This document shows, piece after piece, positions 49,248 to 59,811 of a stretch of DNA of 64,000 bases (position 1 is the stretch's first letter; each line of letters opens with the position of its first letter). The DNA comes from an uncultured Acidobacteriota bacterium. Lineage in GTDB: Bacteria > Acidobacteriota > UBA6911. Below the pieces are notes generated by a model. That model worked only from the letters and a program-made list of their open reading frames with translations, had not been told where the DNA came from and did not search any database. The position numbers were made by a program, and so were the translations under genes. Location: positions 89,443 through 153,442 of the forward strand of contig CAWEJX010000009.1 of assembly GCA_963809485.1 (NCBI GenBank), read 5' to 3'.

Positions 49248-49404
49248 GGCCGCTTATCCTTCCTGCTTTTTCCAAATCTCTCTTCGTGTTTTGGGAGGCT
49301 TTCGTAGTTGACACTTCAGGGCAAGTGGGGAGTCTATTTATAAAGAGGAGGGTATGAAGCGAGTTTACCTGAGCCCATTATCGGTGCAGTCATTGTGATT
49401 CCCG

Positions 49405-49449
49405 GGATGCGTCTGGCGTGACTCGAACACGCGGCCCACGGTTTAGGAA
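49405..49449 (-). other. Displaced tRNA-Arg(CCT) 3' half; distal att site of the island
   Basis: 34/45 identical to 63403-63447, with the last 12 nt (ACGGTTTAGGAA, anticodon arm) identical; T-arm GCGTG-TTCGAGT-CACGC is fully paired. Confidence 0.8.
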
Positions 49450-49918
49450 TCCCTTCTGAGCCCTTTTCGGCAAGTGGCTCGATCTATTCATTTTCAATCC
49501 GCACCCTCATAAATATTGGTTATCATAAGGATATTTGATTTGCCCATCGAATCCATAAAATGTCATTTTTGCCGCCCCATTACCCCCGTATGACCCCAAG
49601 ATTTTTCCGTACTTTTTCTCTTCTGCCGGCTGTGGAAGCGCTTTTCGTTTGGGATTACGAAATTCCAGGCAATGCGAGATAAGCGGGAAAAGCGAGATAA
49701 GGGTGCGCACAAAACGACCAGAAAGAACATCATTGCCCAGCCTCGTTCTGGCTCGGAACCACGTCGCTCCCAAAAAACAAATAGTGAAAAATGCCATCGT
49801 CATCAAATCTTGCGATAGAGATAATGCTTCAATCTTAGTTTGACAGGATTGTTGGAATTGGCGATGTCTCTGTCCGTATGGCGGCAACCAAAAGATGCGC
49901 TATTAGGAGGAGGAGAGT

Positions 49919-50260
49919 GTGACAGTTCCGGATTGGGAAAAGGCTCAGATCGATCCGGCATAGATTCGAGATTATCTGCTTTCTCCGGCTCATCCTGTTG
50001 GCCGATTTAAAGCGCCTTTCTTTGCGACATTTATATACACTCAGAAAGAGCGGCATGTGCTTCAGGCTGATTTGCGGGAAATCATTCGTCAGGGGCAAGC
50101 GGTACATGCTGGACGCAACGATTACGGCGAGAAATACACAGTTTTGGCAAGGATCAAAACACCAAGCGGCGTTTCGCGTGATGTCATTACAGTTTGGATT
50201 GTTCTTTCGGGCGAAGATGTCCCGCGGTTCATTACGGCCTATCCGAGGGAGGGAAAATGA
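49919..50260 (+). pseudogene. DUF6883-like protein with one in-frame stop
   Basis: MTVPDWEKAQIDPA*IRDYLLSPAHPVGRFKA... continues in frame to 'YGEKY...TVWIV...PRFITAYP'; TAG at 49961-49963. Confidence 0.7.
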
Positions 50261-50493
50261 GATTTAGGATTCTCGACACGGTTGTTTTAAACAGAGATCT
50301 TCCCGATCTTGGCCTCCGGAGTGGCGATCTTGGCGCGATTGTGCAAGTCTACCAAGAGGATGGCATTGAGGTCGAGTTTGTCGCCGCCTCAGGACGCACC
50401 GAGGTCCTGGTGACGCTCAAAGAATCAGATGTTCGCCCCATCTCAGATACCGACCTTATCGCCGTGAGATCCCTTCATAGGCGATCGGCATAA
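50257..50493 (+). CDS. DUF4926 domain protein
   Basis: 'LDTVVLNRDLP..GLRSGDLGAIVQVY...EVEFV..SGRT..LVTL'; ATGA overlap with the upstream gene. Confidence 0.8.
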   Translation: MRFRILDTVVLNRDLPDLGLRSGDLGAIVQVYQEDGIEVEFVAASGRTEVLVTLKESDVRPISDTDLIAVRSLHRRSA

Positions 50494-50608
50494 TACCTTT
50501 ATGTCGTTATCGGCCACTTAAATACTAACTTCCCAGATCGCCGTATCTCGGGATTTTGAATCCGGGTCGATTATCCGTCCCAATGTGTGCACAGAGTGAA
50601 GTAACTCT

Positions 50609-51232
50609 TTACTTCGATTGGAAGTGTGTTGACTGGTCGCATAAGTTTTGCGTTTCTGGTTTTTCCTGCTTTATAGAATTATCGGCCAGGCTCTTTTCCG
50701 AAACGCGGACGCATTCCCGTATGGCCTCGATTAAGGTTTCAGACGGTCCGCTCTTGGTTAGATAGTCCACGGCACCGGCTTCGCGCATGGCTGTTCGTTG
50801 CTCCCCTTCTTGGAACATGGATAAACCAATAACGCGAACCTCGGGGAGTTCTTTATGAATAATTCGTGTAGCTTGTATGCCATCCATTTTGGGCATGCCG
50901 ATGTCCATGAGCACAACGTCCGGCCTGAGCTCCCGAATTAGCCCAACAGCTGATTCCCCATCCGACGCCTCACCGGCGATCTCAAAATCCGGTTCCATGC
51001 GCAACAATCCAGCCAAACCCTGGCGCATAACCATGTGGTCGTCAACTAGGATGATGCGTATTTTTCTTATTGCGTCGGCCGGCTTGATTTCAAGTTGAGC
51101 AGAAACTGCGACGGAAACTTGCGCCTGTTTCTCGGCTGAAGGCCGATCTGTTTCGGCCGTGCCTGAGGAATGAGGGACAATCAGCTTGAATCGACTTCCC
51201 TGGCCGGGTGCGCTATCAATTTCCATATGTCC
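50609..51232 (-). pseudogene. 3' part (end of HATPase plus receiver domain) of a hybrid sensor kinase split by an IS91-family element
   Basis: Starts with 'MEIDSAPGQGSRF' (HATPase G2 box), then receiver 'LVDDH...DVVLMDIGMP...K'; joins in frame with 53710..56452. Confidence 0.85.
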
Positions 51233-51536
51233 TAGGTTTTATCGGAAGCGCACTCACGGCACAAAATAGCATAGCTCCAGCCACGATTCGCGTGCGCTTT
51301 CGATAAAACGACTTGAAGGTTGACGGCGAAGCGGCGGCAGGTGGACCTAAAGCAACTGTGGGTATGTACTTTCAATAGTATGAAAGCTGCCGGAAGGCTG
51401 CCGAATTGAATCGTGGCGCTGAGGAAATGAGCGGGAAAAGCTGCTGCTGCGATGTTTTTTCATCTGAAATGTTTCCATAAATGCTGCATAAGAATGATAT
51501 TTCCTTCTTCAAGGCAGACGAATGCCGTCTCCTGCA

Positions 51537-52748
51537 TTACTGGGGTTTGGATTCGGGTCCCCAAACGAATGAAACTGGCGGCGGCCGCGGACGCCACTTT
51601 GGAGCATTGACTCGCAAAACCACGATCATAGGGCCGCCGCATTTCGGACACTTCCAAAGACCTTTTGTATCTTCCGGCTGAGCTTCGTTTGGGAGTGCAT
51701 TGGGATCAGATCCGAGACACTGGAAACAAAGCGGCAGTAAACGACTCCGGTGCCGACTCGCAAGAAAGCCGAAATTGCGAATGCGTACAAAACCCTTTGG
51801 AAGCAGATGGAGCAGAAAGCGACGCAGGAATTGCTCTGCGGGTAATGGCATCTTTTTTTCGATGTTTCCATGCGCGCGGTCCCTCCATGTGAATGTAACC
51901 TCTCCATTCTCGAAAGAAACCAGGCGATGGTTGGAAATGGCTACTCGATGAGTGTAGCGGCCGAGATACTTGAGAACCTGCTCCGGCCCGCCGAATGGCC
52001 GCTTGCAGTGAACAACCCATTTGTTACGGTGGAGGTCGCGGATGAAGGAATGAAACGTCTTCGGATCTGAAAGATGCTTCAGCTTTCCGTAAAAGCCGAT
52101 TTCCCCTTTAGCAAAAGCTTCTTCGAGGGCCTCCCTGACCTTTCCCCGAAAAACCTTCCGCAGTGCCCCCTTCGGCAGAAAGAACCGGTAGCGCGGATCC
52201 GCAGGAACCCAGCGCTGATGATCAAACGATAATCCACCGGCAGGAACTACGCAGTGAACATGTGGATGATGCTTCAATTGCTGAGTCCAAGTATGAAGCA
52301 CGCTGAAGAAGCCAATCTCCGCTCCCAGGAATTTGGGATTGCGGGCGACCTCAATCAGCGTTTCAGCGCTGAGCCGAAGCAGCATTGCGTAGATGAGCTT
52401 CTTGTTCTGCAATGCGAGTTGCGCCAAAAGAGGGGGCACTGTGAATACAACATGCGCATAAGGAACGGGAAGAAGCTCTTTCTTCCGTCCATTGATCCAA
52501 CGACGGCGGGCGTTGGCCTGGCATTTAGGACAATGCCTATTGGGACATGAGTTGTACGAGTAGCCGGAATATCCGCATTCCGTATTCGTGCATTCATCCA
52601 AGTGATAGCCGAGATCAGCCGTGCGGCAGCGCTCGATCGCTCTCAGAACTTTCAAATGCTGCCCTGTGATCCAGTCGCGGCTATTTTCGACGAAGCTTTT
52701 TCCAACGGCGCGGACAATATCGGCCACCTCGATTGGCGGCCGGTCCAT
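51537..52748 (-). CDS. IS91 family transposase
   Basis: Zn-binding 'CRT..LG', 'SC.NRHCPKCQ', 'HVVFTVP', 'LHTW....HHPHVHC' HUH motif, 'YLGRY' (YxxxY), 'FLLHLLPKGFVRIR'. Confidence 0.95.
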   Translation of the reverse strand: MDRPPIEVADIVRAVGKSFVENSRDWITGQHLKVLRAIERCRTADLGYHLDECTNTECGYSGYSYNSCPNRHCPKCQANARRRWINGRKKELLPVPYAHVVFTVPPLLAQLALQNKKLIYAMLLRLSAETLIEVARNPKFLGAEIGFFSVLHTWTQQLKHHPHVHCVVPAGGLSFDHQRWVPADPRYRFFLPKGALRKVFRGKVREALEEAFAKGEIGFYGKLKHLSDPKTFHSFIRDLHRNKWVVHCKRPFGGPEQVLKYLGRYTHRVAISNHRLVSFENGEVTFTWRDRAHGNIEKKMPLPAEQFLRRFLLHLLPKGFVRIRNFGFLASRHRSRLLPLCFQCLGSDPNALPNEAQPEDTKGLWKCPKCGGPMIVVLRVNAPKWRPRPPPVSFVWGPESKPQ

Positions 52749-53615
52749 TTATTCGTTCGGATTGGTTGTTTTATTTGGAAACAAAGCATCGAGCGGACTA
52801 ACGGCTGCGCTCAAATGCAGTTTTGATACGTGAAGATAGCGCGCCGTTTGTTCAAGGCTGCTGTGCCCCAGCAATTTCTGAATGGTACGCAAATCCGTAC
52901 CGGCGTCGAGCAAATGAGTGGCGAAGCAATGCCGTAAAACATGCGGGTGGACCTTCTTTACAAGCCCGCATCGTTTCGCGGCTCGCAGACACGCCTGCCA
53001 TGGGACTTTAGTCGTGATCGGGGTTGAGGATGTATGATGTCTTCCTCCCGGAAACAGCCACTCCTTTGGTCGGTGTTGTTTCCAATGTTCGCGCAGCGCT
53101 TCGTACAACACCTTGCTGAGCATCACCTCGCGATCTTTCAGTCCTTTGCCGCGGACTCTAATGACCATTCTTTTGCTGTCAATGTCGCTGATTCGCATAT
53201 TTGCCAGCTCAGCACGCCGCACTCCGGTGGCATACAGCGTCATCAGTATTACACGGTGAAACGGGAGATCAGCGGATTCGATCAGAAGACCGACTTCTTC
53301 AGGGCTCAATATGTGCGGCAAACTGATCACTCTTTTTGGATAAGGAGTTTCTGCCGTGTTCCATGGCCGATGCAGGGTCTTTACGAAGAAGAAACGCAGG
53401 GCAGCAAGGCGCTGGTTGACCGTGTTAGGAGATAGTTTCTTGTCAGTGAACAGGTGTGCTTGGTAGTGCCGGATGTGTTCCAGGCCTAATTTGTCTGGAG
53501 GGCAGTTGAAATATAATGCAAAATCTTCGATGCCTCGGATGTAGCATTCACGCGTGGCGTCGGAATAGTTCCGTCGCACGAGTTCTTCGATCGTAATCGT
53601 TCTTAAATGAGTCAT
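52749..53615 (-). CDS. Tyrosine-type recombinase/integrase
   Basis: 'YATGVRRAE', 'GKGLKDR', 'HVLRHCFATH', 'LLGH.....TARY'. Confidence 0.95.
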   Translation of the reverse strand: MTHLRTITIEELVRRNYSDATRECYIRGIEDFALYFNCPPDKLGLEHIRHYQAHLFTDKKLSPNTVNQRLAALRFFFVKTLHRPWNTAETPYPKRVISLPHILSPEEVGLLIESADLPFHRVILMTLYATGVRRAELANMRISDIDSKRMVIRVRGKGLKDREVMLSKVLYEALREHWKQHRPKEWLFPGGRHHTSSTPITTKVPWQACLRAAKRCGLVKKVHPHVLRHCFATHLLDAGTDLRTIQKLLGHSSLEQTARYLHVSKLHLSAAVSPLDALFPNKTTNPNE

Positions 53616-53709
53616 GGTTTTCTCCTTGTATGACTCACGATATCGTCATTCTTCACCTCCATGTTCGTGTAAAGACGCGAAGCGTCCGCCGCGCAGCGGC
53701 TACGTTCAA

Positions 53710-56452
53710 GTCCGCCTATGTGAAACAGGCGCTCCCTTATGCCCAGCAGGCCAATGCCGCCCGAATGACCCCCTTCGGCACGGAGTTGATTCAGCTCAAA
53801 TCCTTTCCCTTCATCCTCGATTGTCATCAGAATCTGCCCGTCCGGCTGATCCACGCCGACGCGCGCCGCTTTCACTCCCGCATGCTTCACGACATTGAAC
53901 AAAAGCTCTCGAGCTGCCTGAAACAGCAGAATTATTATCTCCTCTTTTAGGGGCTCAATCTTTTTGCGAGCCAGCAGGGTCACCTCAAGCTCATGTTTAT
54001 CGTGCATCCAGCGGGCCAACCACTCCAGCGCCAGGATAAGATCACCATGGAGCAGGATTGGCGGACTGAGTTCGGCCGTAAGTAAGCGTGAGGTTTCAAT
54101 AGCGTCGTCAATAAGATTTAATACCTCATCTATCGCATGCTGAACGTTCTGACTGCGCGGAACATAAGCAAGTCGGAATTTCGCTGCTACGAGAAGTTGC
54201 TGAAGGCCATCGTGCAGAACCTGAGCCAGCCGTTGTCTCTCGCGCTGTTCAGCAAGCATCAATTCCGAAGTTATCCGCCGAAGATTTTCGGAAGCCTGCT
54301 TGAGTTCTTCGATATCGGTGCAAGTGCCGAACCATTTCAGAATCTCGCCGTTCGCACCCCGTATGGGCTCGCCGCGGATCAACCACCAGCGATAGACGCC
54401 GTCGGCGCGGCGCAGACGGCATTCCAGCGAGTAGAGTGCCTCGTCTTGCGTTGCATGTTTCCAGGCCTCCCAAGCGCGCTGCCGGTCATCAGGGTGGAAA
54501 GGAGTGATCCAGCCATGGCCGTAGCTTTCCTCCAGCGTCAGCCCGGTGTAATCCACCCATTTTTGATTGAAATAAATGTTCCACCCATCCGGACGGGTAG
54601 CCCAAACGATCTGCGGCACGGCCTCCGCCAGAGTGCGGAACTCCTGCTCGCTCCGGCGCAGCGCCTCCTCGGTGCGGATGCGCTCGGTGATGTCGCGTGC
54701 GGCAGCAAAGATGCCGATCACCTGTCCGGCTTCATCCCGGTAGAGCGCGGCGTTATACAACACTGGAATCGTGCGCCCATCTCGGTGGCAGATTTCCAAC
54801 GGGTAATCCCGGACTGATCCCTCTTTAAATACTTGCAGGTATCCTGTGCGGGCCTTTTCCGGCTCGGTGAAGTATGTGCTGAAATCGGTGCCGATGAGTT
54901 CCTGCCGTGTTCTGCCTGTAGCCGTCTCGGTAGCCGCATTTACATCGGCGATTGTGCCGTCCCGGCCGATTGTCACCAGCGGGTCCAGTGACGCCTCGAT
55001 AAGGCTCCGTGTATAGGCGCTAGTCTGGCGAAGAGTCCGGAGCGCCTCGGTCAACTCGGTCGTCCGCGCCTTAACCCGCTGCTCTAACTCCGCATTCGCC
55101 TTGCGCAGGTCTTCTTCGGCCTTCTTCAAATTGCTGATATCCAGGTTGATTCCAGCCCAGTAGGCAATCCGGCCCGTGTCATCTCGTACAGGCACTCCCC
55201 GGGCGAGGATGGGGTGCCAATGCCTGTCGACACCACGGTAGCGATGCTCTATATCCCATACCCCTTCAGTCCGGACGCACTCCTTCCAGGCCGCGAGAGT
55301 TCTTTCTGCATCCTCTGGGTGCAGCACCTCTCCCCATCCAAAATCGGAACACTGCGCTTGCGTTAATCCCACCAGTTTCAGAAATGAATCGCTGGCGTAA
55401 ATGTTACGTCCATCGGGAGCACAAACCCATATACCAAAATCTATCGACTCGCCGATGGCGCGGTAACGCCGCTCACTTTCGCGCAAGGCGGCCTCCGCTT
55501 GCTTTAGGGCGGTGATATCACGCACGACGGAAACCGATCCGATAATGCCACCAGCGGCATTTCTGACCGGCGTCGAGCTGACCTGGCGATGGCGCAACTC
55601 CCCGGTCGCAGGAGTTCTGATAATCTCTTCTTGGTCAATAACTACTTCGCCCCGGAGAGCCCGCAAAGGAGGCGCATCCTCAACGGTGCGAGGCGTGCCA
55701 TCTGCATTGTACACTTCCAAGGCAAGGGCAAGCTTCTCTACTCCAATATTGTCATTGGCCTCAATGCCGAATGTCCGACGAGCCGATGGATTGGCCAGAG
55801 TGAATCGCCCTTCCATGTCGGCAAACCAGATCTCATCGCTGATACTGCCTATCAGGGATGCTAATTTGTCTTTCTCTTCTCGGATCGTTTCGAGCAGCCT
55901 CAGGGTCTCCTGCGCCGCTTTGGTCGTCTCCATTAGCGTGATCAACGTGCCGCCGACCGTTCTTTCCTCGGTACGGATGGGGCTGTAAGAAATGGTGAAG
56001 TAGGCATCCTCCATATAACCATGGCGGGAGATATGGAAGAGCTGGTTCTCCATGTAGACCGTTTCCCCTCGGGTCATCACCTTATCGAAGATGGGCCTAT
56101 TGAACTCCCAGACTTCGGACCAGATATCGCGCGTGGAGTGGCCTAGAGCTCGCGGGTGTTTACCCCCGGCGATGATGCGATAGCCATCGTTGTAGATGAG
56201 GATCAAATCACTTCCCCAAAGGATGGCCATAGGGAAACTGTTGGCCAGGACTAGATTAATGACAGTGCATAGACTCTGCGGCCAGCCAACACGTGACCCC
56301 AACGGCGTAGCAGACCAATCCATCGTCCGGATCAAGTCCGCCAGCTCGCCAGAGGCCTTTAACCAATCCTTGTCTGGCAGCGTTTGAGCCTTTGGTATCT
56401 GTCCGGATCCAGGTCCTGGTTTTTTGCGCATGCGCGCCCTCACAAATCCCAA
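53710..56452 (-). pseudogene. 5' part of a multi-PAS, NarX-like (HisKA_3) hybrid histidine kinase interrupted by the IS91-family element
   Basis: Several PAS domains, 'ERQRLAQVLHDGLQQ', 'ELLFNVVKHA', 'DEGKGF', 'GIGLLGIRER'; the frame runs into element sequence after FHIGG. Confidence 0.88.
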
Positions 56453-56576
56453 TATAAACCGCCAACTTTGGCTTCAGGAGTTTTCAGCAAAAACCTCATG
56501 GGAATCAGCTCAAACTAGCCCAAATAGAAAGAACTAGGCAAGTGAAAAGCGAAATCGTGTTGGCTCCCAAGAAGTC

Positions 56577-56637
56577 CTAGCCCATGTTTGCGGTTTTTCG
56601 CGCCCAAAACGCGCGAAAAACCGCAAACATGGGCTAG
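56577..56637. repeat. Perfect 27-bp inverted repeat with a 7-nt loop
   Basis: CTAGCCCATGTTTGCGGTTTTTCGCGC-CCAAAAC-GCGCGAAAAACCGCAAACATGGGCTAG. Confidence 0.9.
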
Positions 56638-57098
56638 CGGCCGAGATACTTGAGAACCTGCTCCGGCCCGCCGAATGCCCGCTTGCAGTGAACAACCCAT
56701 TTGTTACGGTGGAGGTCGCGGATGAAGGAATGAAACATCTTCGGATCTGAAAGATACTTCAGCTTTCCGTAAAAGCCGATTTCCCCTTTAGCAAAAGCTT
56801 CTTCGAGGGCCTCCCTGACCTTTCCCCGAAAATCCTTCCGCAGTGCCCCCTTCGGCAGAAAGAACCGGTAGCGCGGATCCGCAGGAACCCAGCGCTGATG
56901 ATCAAACGATAATCCACCGGCAGGAACTACGCAGTGAACATGTGGATGATGCTTCAATTGCTGGGTCCAAGTATGAAGCACGCTGAAGAAGCCAATCTCC
57001 GCTCCCAGGAGTTTGGGATTGCGGGCGACCTCAATCAGCGTTTCAGCGCTGAGCCGAAGCAGCATTGCGTAGATGAGCTTCTTGTTTTGCAGTGCAAG
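56635..57098 (-). pseudogene. Internal fragment of a second, near-identical IS91-family transposase
   Basis: Nearly identical to about 51956-52419 (LALQNKKLIYAM ... EQVLKYLGR). Confidence 0.9.
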
Positions 57099-57266
57099 TC
57101 CCGATCTCGGAAATTGCGCCAAAAGGATAATTTCGGGCCCCAATGTTGGTTTTTGCCGCTGATTTTGAGGTTTCCCACATTGCCGGGACAACTGCGACTG
57201 CTGACGTCTTCTAATTTGCAGAAGTATAAGGCTGTTGGTTTTTTCCACGGCGCCGGAGAACGGCTA

Positions 57267-58088
57267 TCATCTGTTCCGGTCACAGTGCAGAGTCGAAATG
57301 ATGGAATCAAAGAAGTCAGCCGCCTCCGGTGAGGCACCCTTGTAACGGATCGTCTCGTTGAAAATCCAGAGCGAGCGCCACATCTTTCCGTCCTTTGTCT
57401 GGCCTCGAATATCCGATCCTTCAGCATCGCCGCAAACGAGATCGCGGTCAATCGTTTCAAGCGATGAAGCCAGCTGGTCCGGCGATGGCATGCTGAATCC
57501 CAATAATGCACCACTGATGACCTTCATCTGTTCATCGTTTTCTATCCCGCGCGTCGCCTGTTCCAAAGGGGTCCATCGTGGATAGGTGATAATTAGCGTC
57601 GAAACATCGACATCGTGGTCGTGCCGAACATCTGCCTGGGTTGGAATAGAAATCTTCATCCTGTTGCCCACCGGGTTATCCAGATCCCCGCGGGAATAAT
57701 CCGGCGGGATCCATTTCGTATGAGCACGCTTTAGAACAACATCAAGTGTCTCCGTTTTGGCATTAATAGCCTTCGTCACTGGCTGATATCCATCGTGGCT
57801 GAAACGGAGAACACAGCACAACGGGGGTCCCTTATCCCAGATACTAAGGGCGTAAATCCCCGTACTGACTTTCGTCTGGGCGGTCACATTTCCGGTAATC
57901 GCCACGTCTGACAGAGGTTCTCCTGAATCGGATACGATGTTGCAGCGGATACTAAAGGTCTTCAGTTTAACTTGGGCCGAAAGGGTTTCAAGACTTGAAA
58001 TGATCAAAAGTACATTCAATACGATAAACTTCAGGGAAGCCGTTCTGATCCATGAGATCGCCGATGGGTGTCCATTTCTACATTTCAT
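57267..58088 (-). CDS. Hypothetical exported protein with a carboxypeptidase-regulatory-like (transthyretin-fold) N-terminal domain
   Basis: Hydrophobic N-terminus, 'IVSDSGEPLSDVAI', 'LRFSHDGYQPV'. Confidence 0.6.
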   Translation of the reverse strand: MKCRNGHPSAISWIRTASLKFIVLNVLLIISSLETLSAQVKLKTFSIRCNIVSDSGEPLSDVAITGNVTAQTKVSTGIYALSIWDKGPPLCCVLRFSHDGYQPVTKAINAKTETLDVVLKRAHTKWIPPDYSRGDLDNPVGNRMKISIPTQADVRHDHDVDVSTLIITYPRWTPLEQATRGIENDEQMKVISGALLGFSMPSPDQLASSLETIDRDLVCGDAEGSDIRGQTKDGKMWRSLWIFNETIRYKGASPEAADFFDSIISTLHCDRNR

Positions 58089-58159
58089 AAATTCATTCTA
58101 ATACAGATCTTGCGATGACTCCCCGAGAATTCCCGTTCGAAGAAACGTGCCCGGAACGA

Positions 58160-58894
58160 CTAAAAAGGGCAACCTTTAGGTCTTCTCGACCGGCGCACTC
58201 GTTTCATAGGTGCTGGATTTACCGGTAAGACAGGACTCTTCTCCGGGCTCTCATAAAGAACTCGACTCTTGGCGATCTTCAACACGCCGTCACTGCAATC
58301 AGTCAATTGTATGATTCTTGAGCGGCCTTTTAAATAGGATCGTACCTGCTGAGCCGCAAAATCGAGTCTATGTACGAAATTTTAAAAACGCTTGCCGTTC
58401 AGATCGGCCGCGTTTGCATGCGCCAAAATTATTTCCGAGTACTTCCTGCTATCCGGTTCCTTTGGAACAAGCTCAATCGCGATATCCAAGTCCCCAACGG
58501 TTGAGGATCCGGTGAGGAAGCTGCCAAATAGGACCACCTTTCGGACCCGATAAAGAAATCTACCCGCCTCATTTACTTTCCTGACACGATCCATAAATTC
58601 GCTCAGTTTTTGCTTGGCTGCTCGCCGGGACACCGGCGCGGAGAAAAGGGCTTTACTGAGCGCTCCTCCCTTAATCGTATTTTTCCATTTCTTATTTGGG
58701 TCGGGAGCGAAAGCATTTTTCTCGATAAATCCCTGCCTTTCGAGATCATTCAGCAACTTTGTTGCGCTTCTTTCATTGAGACCTAAAACTTTAGTTGCCT
58801 TATCGACAGATAGGGAGAGCGTGCTTTGGCGCAATAACTTTCGAATCTGCTTGGCAGGAAAGCCCGCCATGACATCATCTGGCCGGATTCGCAT
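58160..58894 (-). pseudogene. HTH + minimal nucleotidyltransferase protein with a probable premature stop
   Basis: 'LNDLERQGFIEK' winged-helix-like segment; 'VVLFGSFL....VGDLDIAI' NTase motif; the frame stays open for 73 more codons after TAA 58382-58384. Confidence 0.6.
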
Positions 58895-59039
58895 ATCCGC
58901 TATATGACACCAGTTATCCGCTTATTTCAATTGTTCCCTCCAAATTGCAGAAGGAATTGACCTTCCTGCCAGGCTTTCTTCGGCTTCAAATTGCCATATC
59001 CGCCGACAAAAATGCCAACGGCAAAGGAGGCCGTTGGCT

Positions 59040-59760
59040 ATGGCACAATCCCGGAAAAAGGGTCACGCCCAAAGAAAAGTCCTAAGGATCCCGGATTTTG
59101 AGAATTCAAAACATGCGGTGATCAGCTCCCTTCCGGTCAAGGCATCTCAAGTATCCTATGAATGTGCTATTGACGAATTCATTTCCTGGTACTGCTCAGA
59201 ACCGCGGCTGGCTTTCAATCGCGCCGTTGTGCTCCGATATCGCTTTTCCCTTGAACAGAAAAACCTCGCCCCGTCGACCATCAATGTTTGGCTCGCGGCC
59301 GTGCGTCGTCTCGCTCTCGAAGCTTCAGACTCGGGATTGCTGAGCCCAGAATTGGCGGCCGGCATCGCCAGAGTTAAGGGTGCCAAACGGTTGGGGGTTC
59401 GGATTGGTAATTGACTGACGGCTGAACAAGAGAAAGCGCTCCTTCAGGGCTCACCCTCGGAGACTCTGCGCGGAAAAAGCGGCCACGCAATCCTGGCTGT
59501 ACTTCTCGAGTGTGGACTCCGTCGCGCTGTAGCCGTTGGTATCCGCATAGAAGATTTACAGGTTCGAGAGGAACACTGGGTCATCGCCGACCTCGTTGAA
59601 AAGGGCAGACATGTTCGGACCGTGCCGATGCCTGGTTGGGTCAAGGATGCCGTGGATGAATGGGCTTCCGCCGCTGGAATTTCGGGGGGAATAATCTTCC
59701 GCAGAATCAACAAGGAGGGCAAAGTCTGGGGACCCGGGCTCACATCAAAGGCTGATGCAA
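59040..59760 (+). pseudogene. Tyrosine recombinase remnant
   Basis: 'LAPSTINV.LAAVRRLA', TGA at 59412 where Trp is expected (IGN*LT), continuing 'CGLRR', 'KGRHVRTVPMP'; the catalytic HxxR...Y end is missing. Confidence 0.8.
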
Positions 59761-59811
59761 ATGCCTTGTGGAGTGTTGTATCCTGACCAAATTATATAAG
59801 GGAGTTGTTGA

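Larger units (their letters stand above)
51233..53713 (-). mobile_element. IS91-family element carrying a tyrosine recombinase and a HUH (Y2) transposase, 2481 bp
   Basis: GTCC at both junctions (51229-32 and 53710-13); terminal hairpins GCCGC-GCA-GCGGC..GTTCAA and an 18-bp imperfect inverted repeat at 51236-51309. Confidence 0.9.

Noticed and set aside
49340-49404. Possible GxxExxY gene start (LPEPIIGAVIVI)
   Set aside because: Only about a dozen codons of weak similarity; too short to support a call.
51236-51309. Integron attC site at the IS91 element end
   Set aside because: The inverted repeat runs GTT...AAC rather than RYYYAAC...GTTRRRY, and no IntI-type integrase or cassette array is evident. 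It is treated as an element terminal hairpin.
44285-59414. In-frame TGA/TAG codons (about 44285, 49961, 59412) as selenocysteine, pyrrolysine or a recoded genetic code
   Set aside because: They fall at positions where Gly, Lys or Trp is expected, each one substitution away, in truncated or island-borne genes. Intact genes in the window use TGA and TAG as normal stops.
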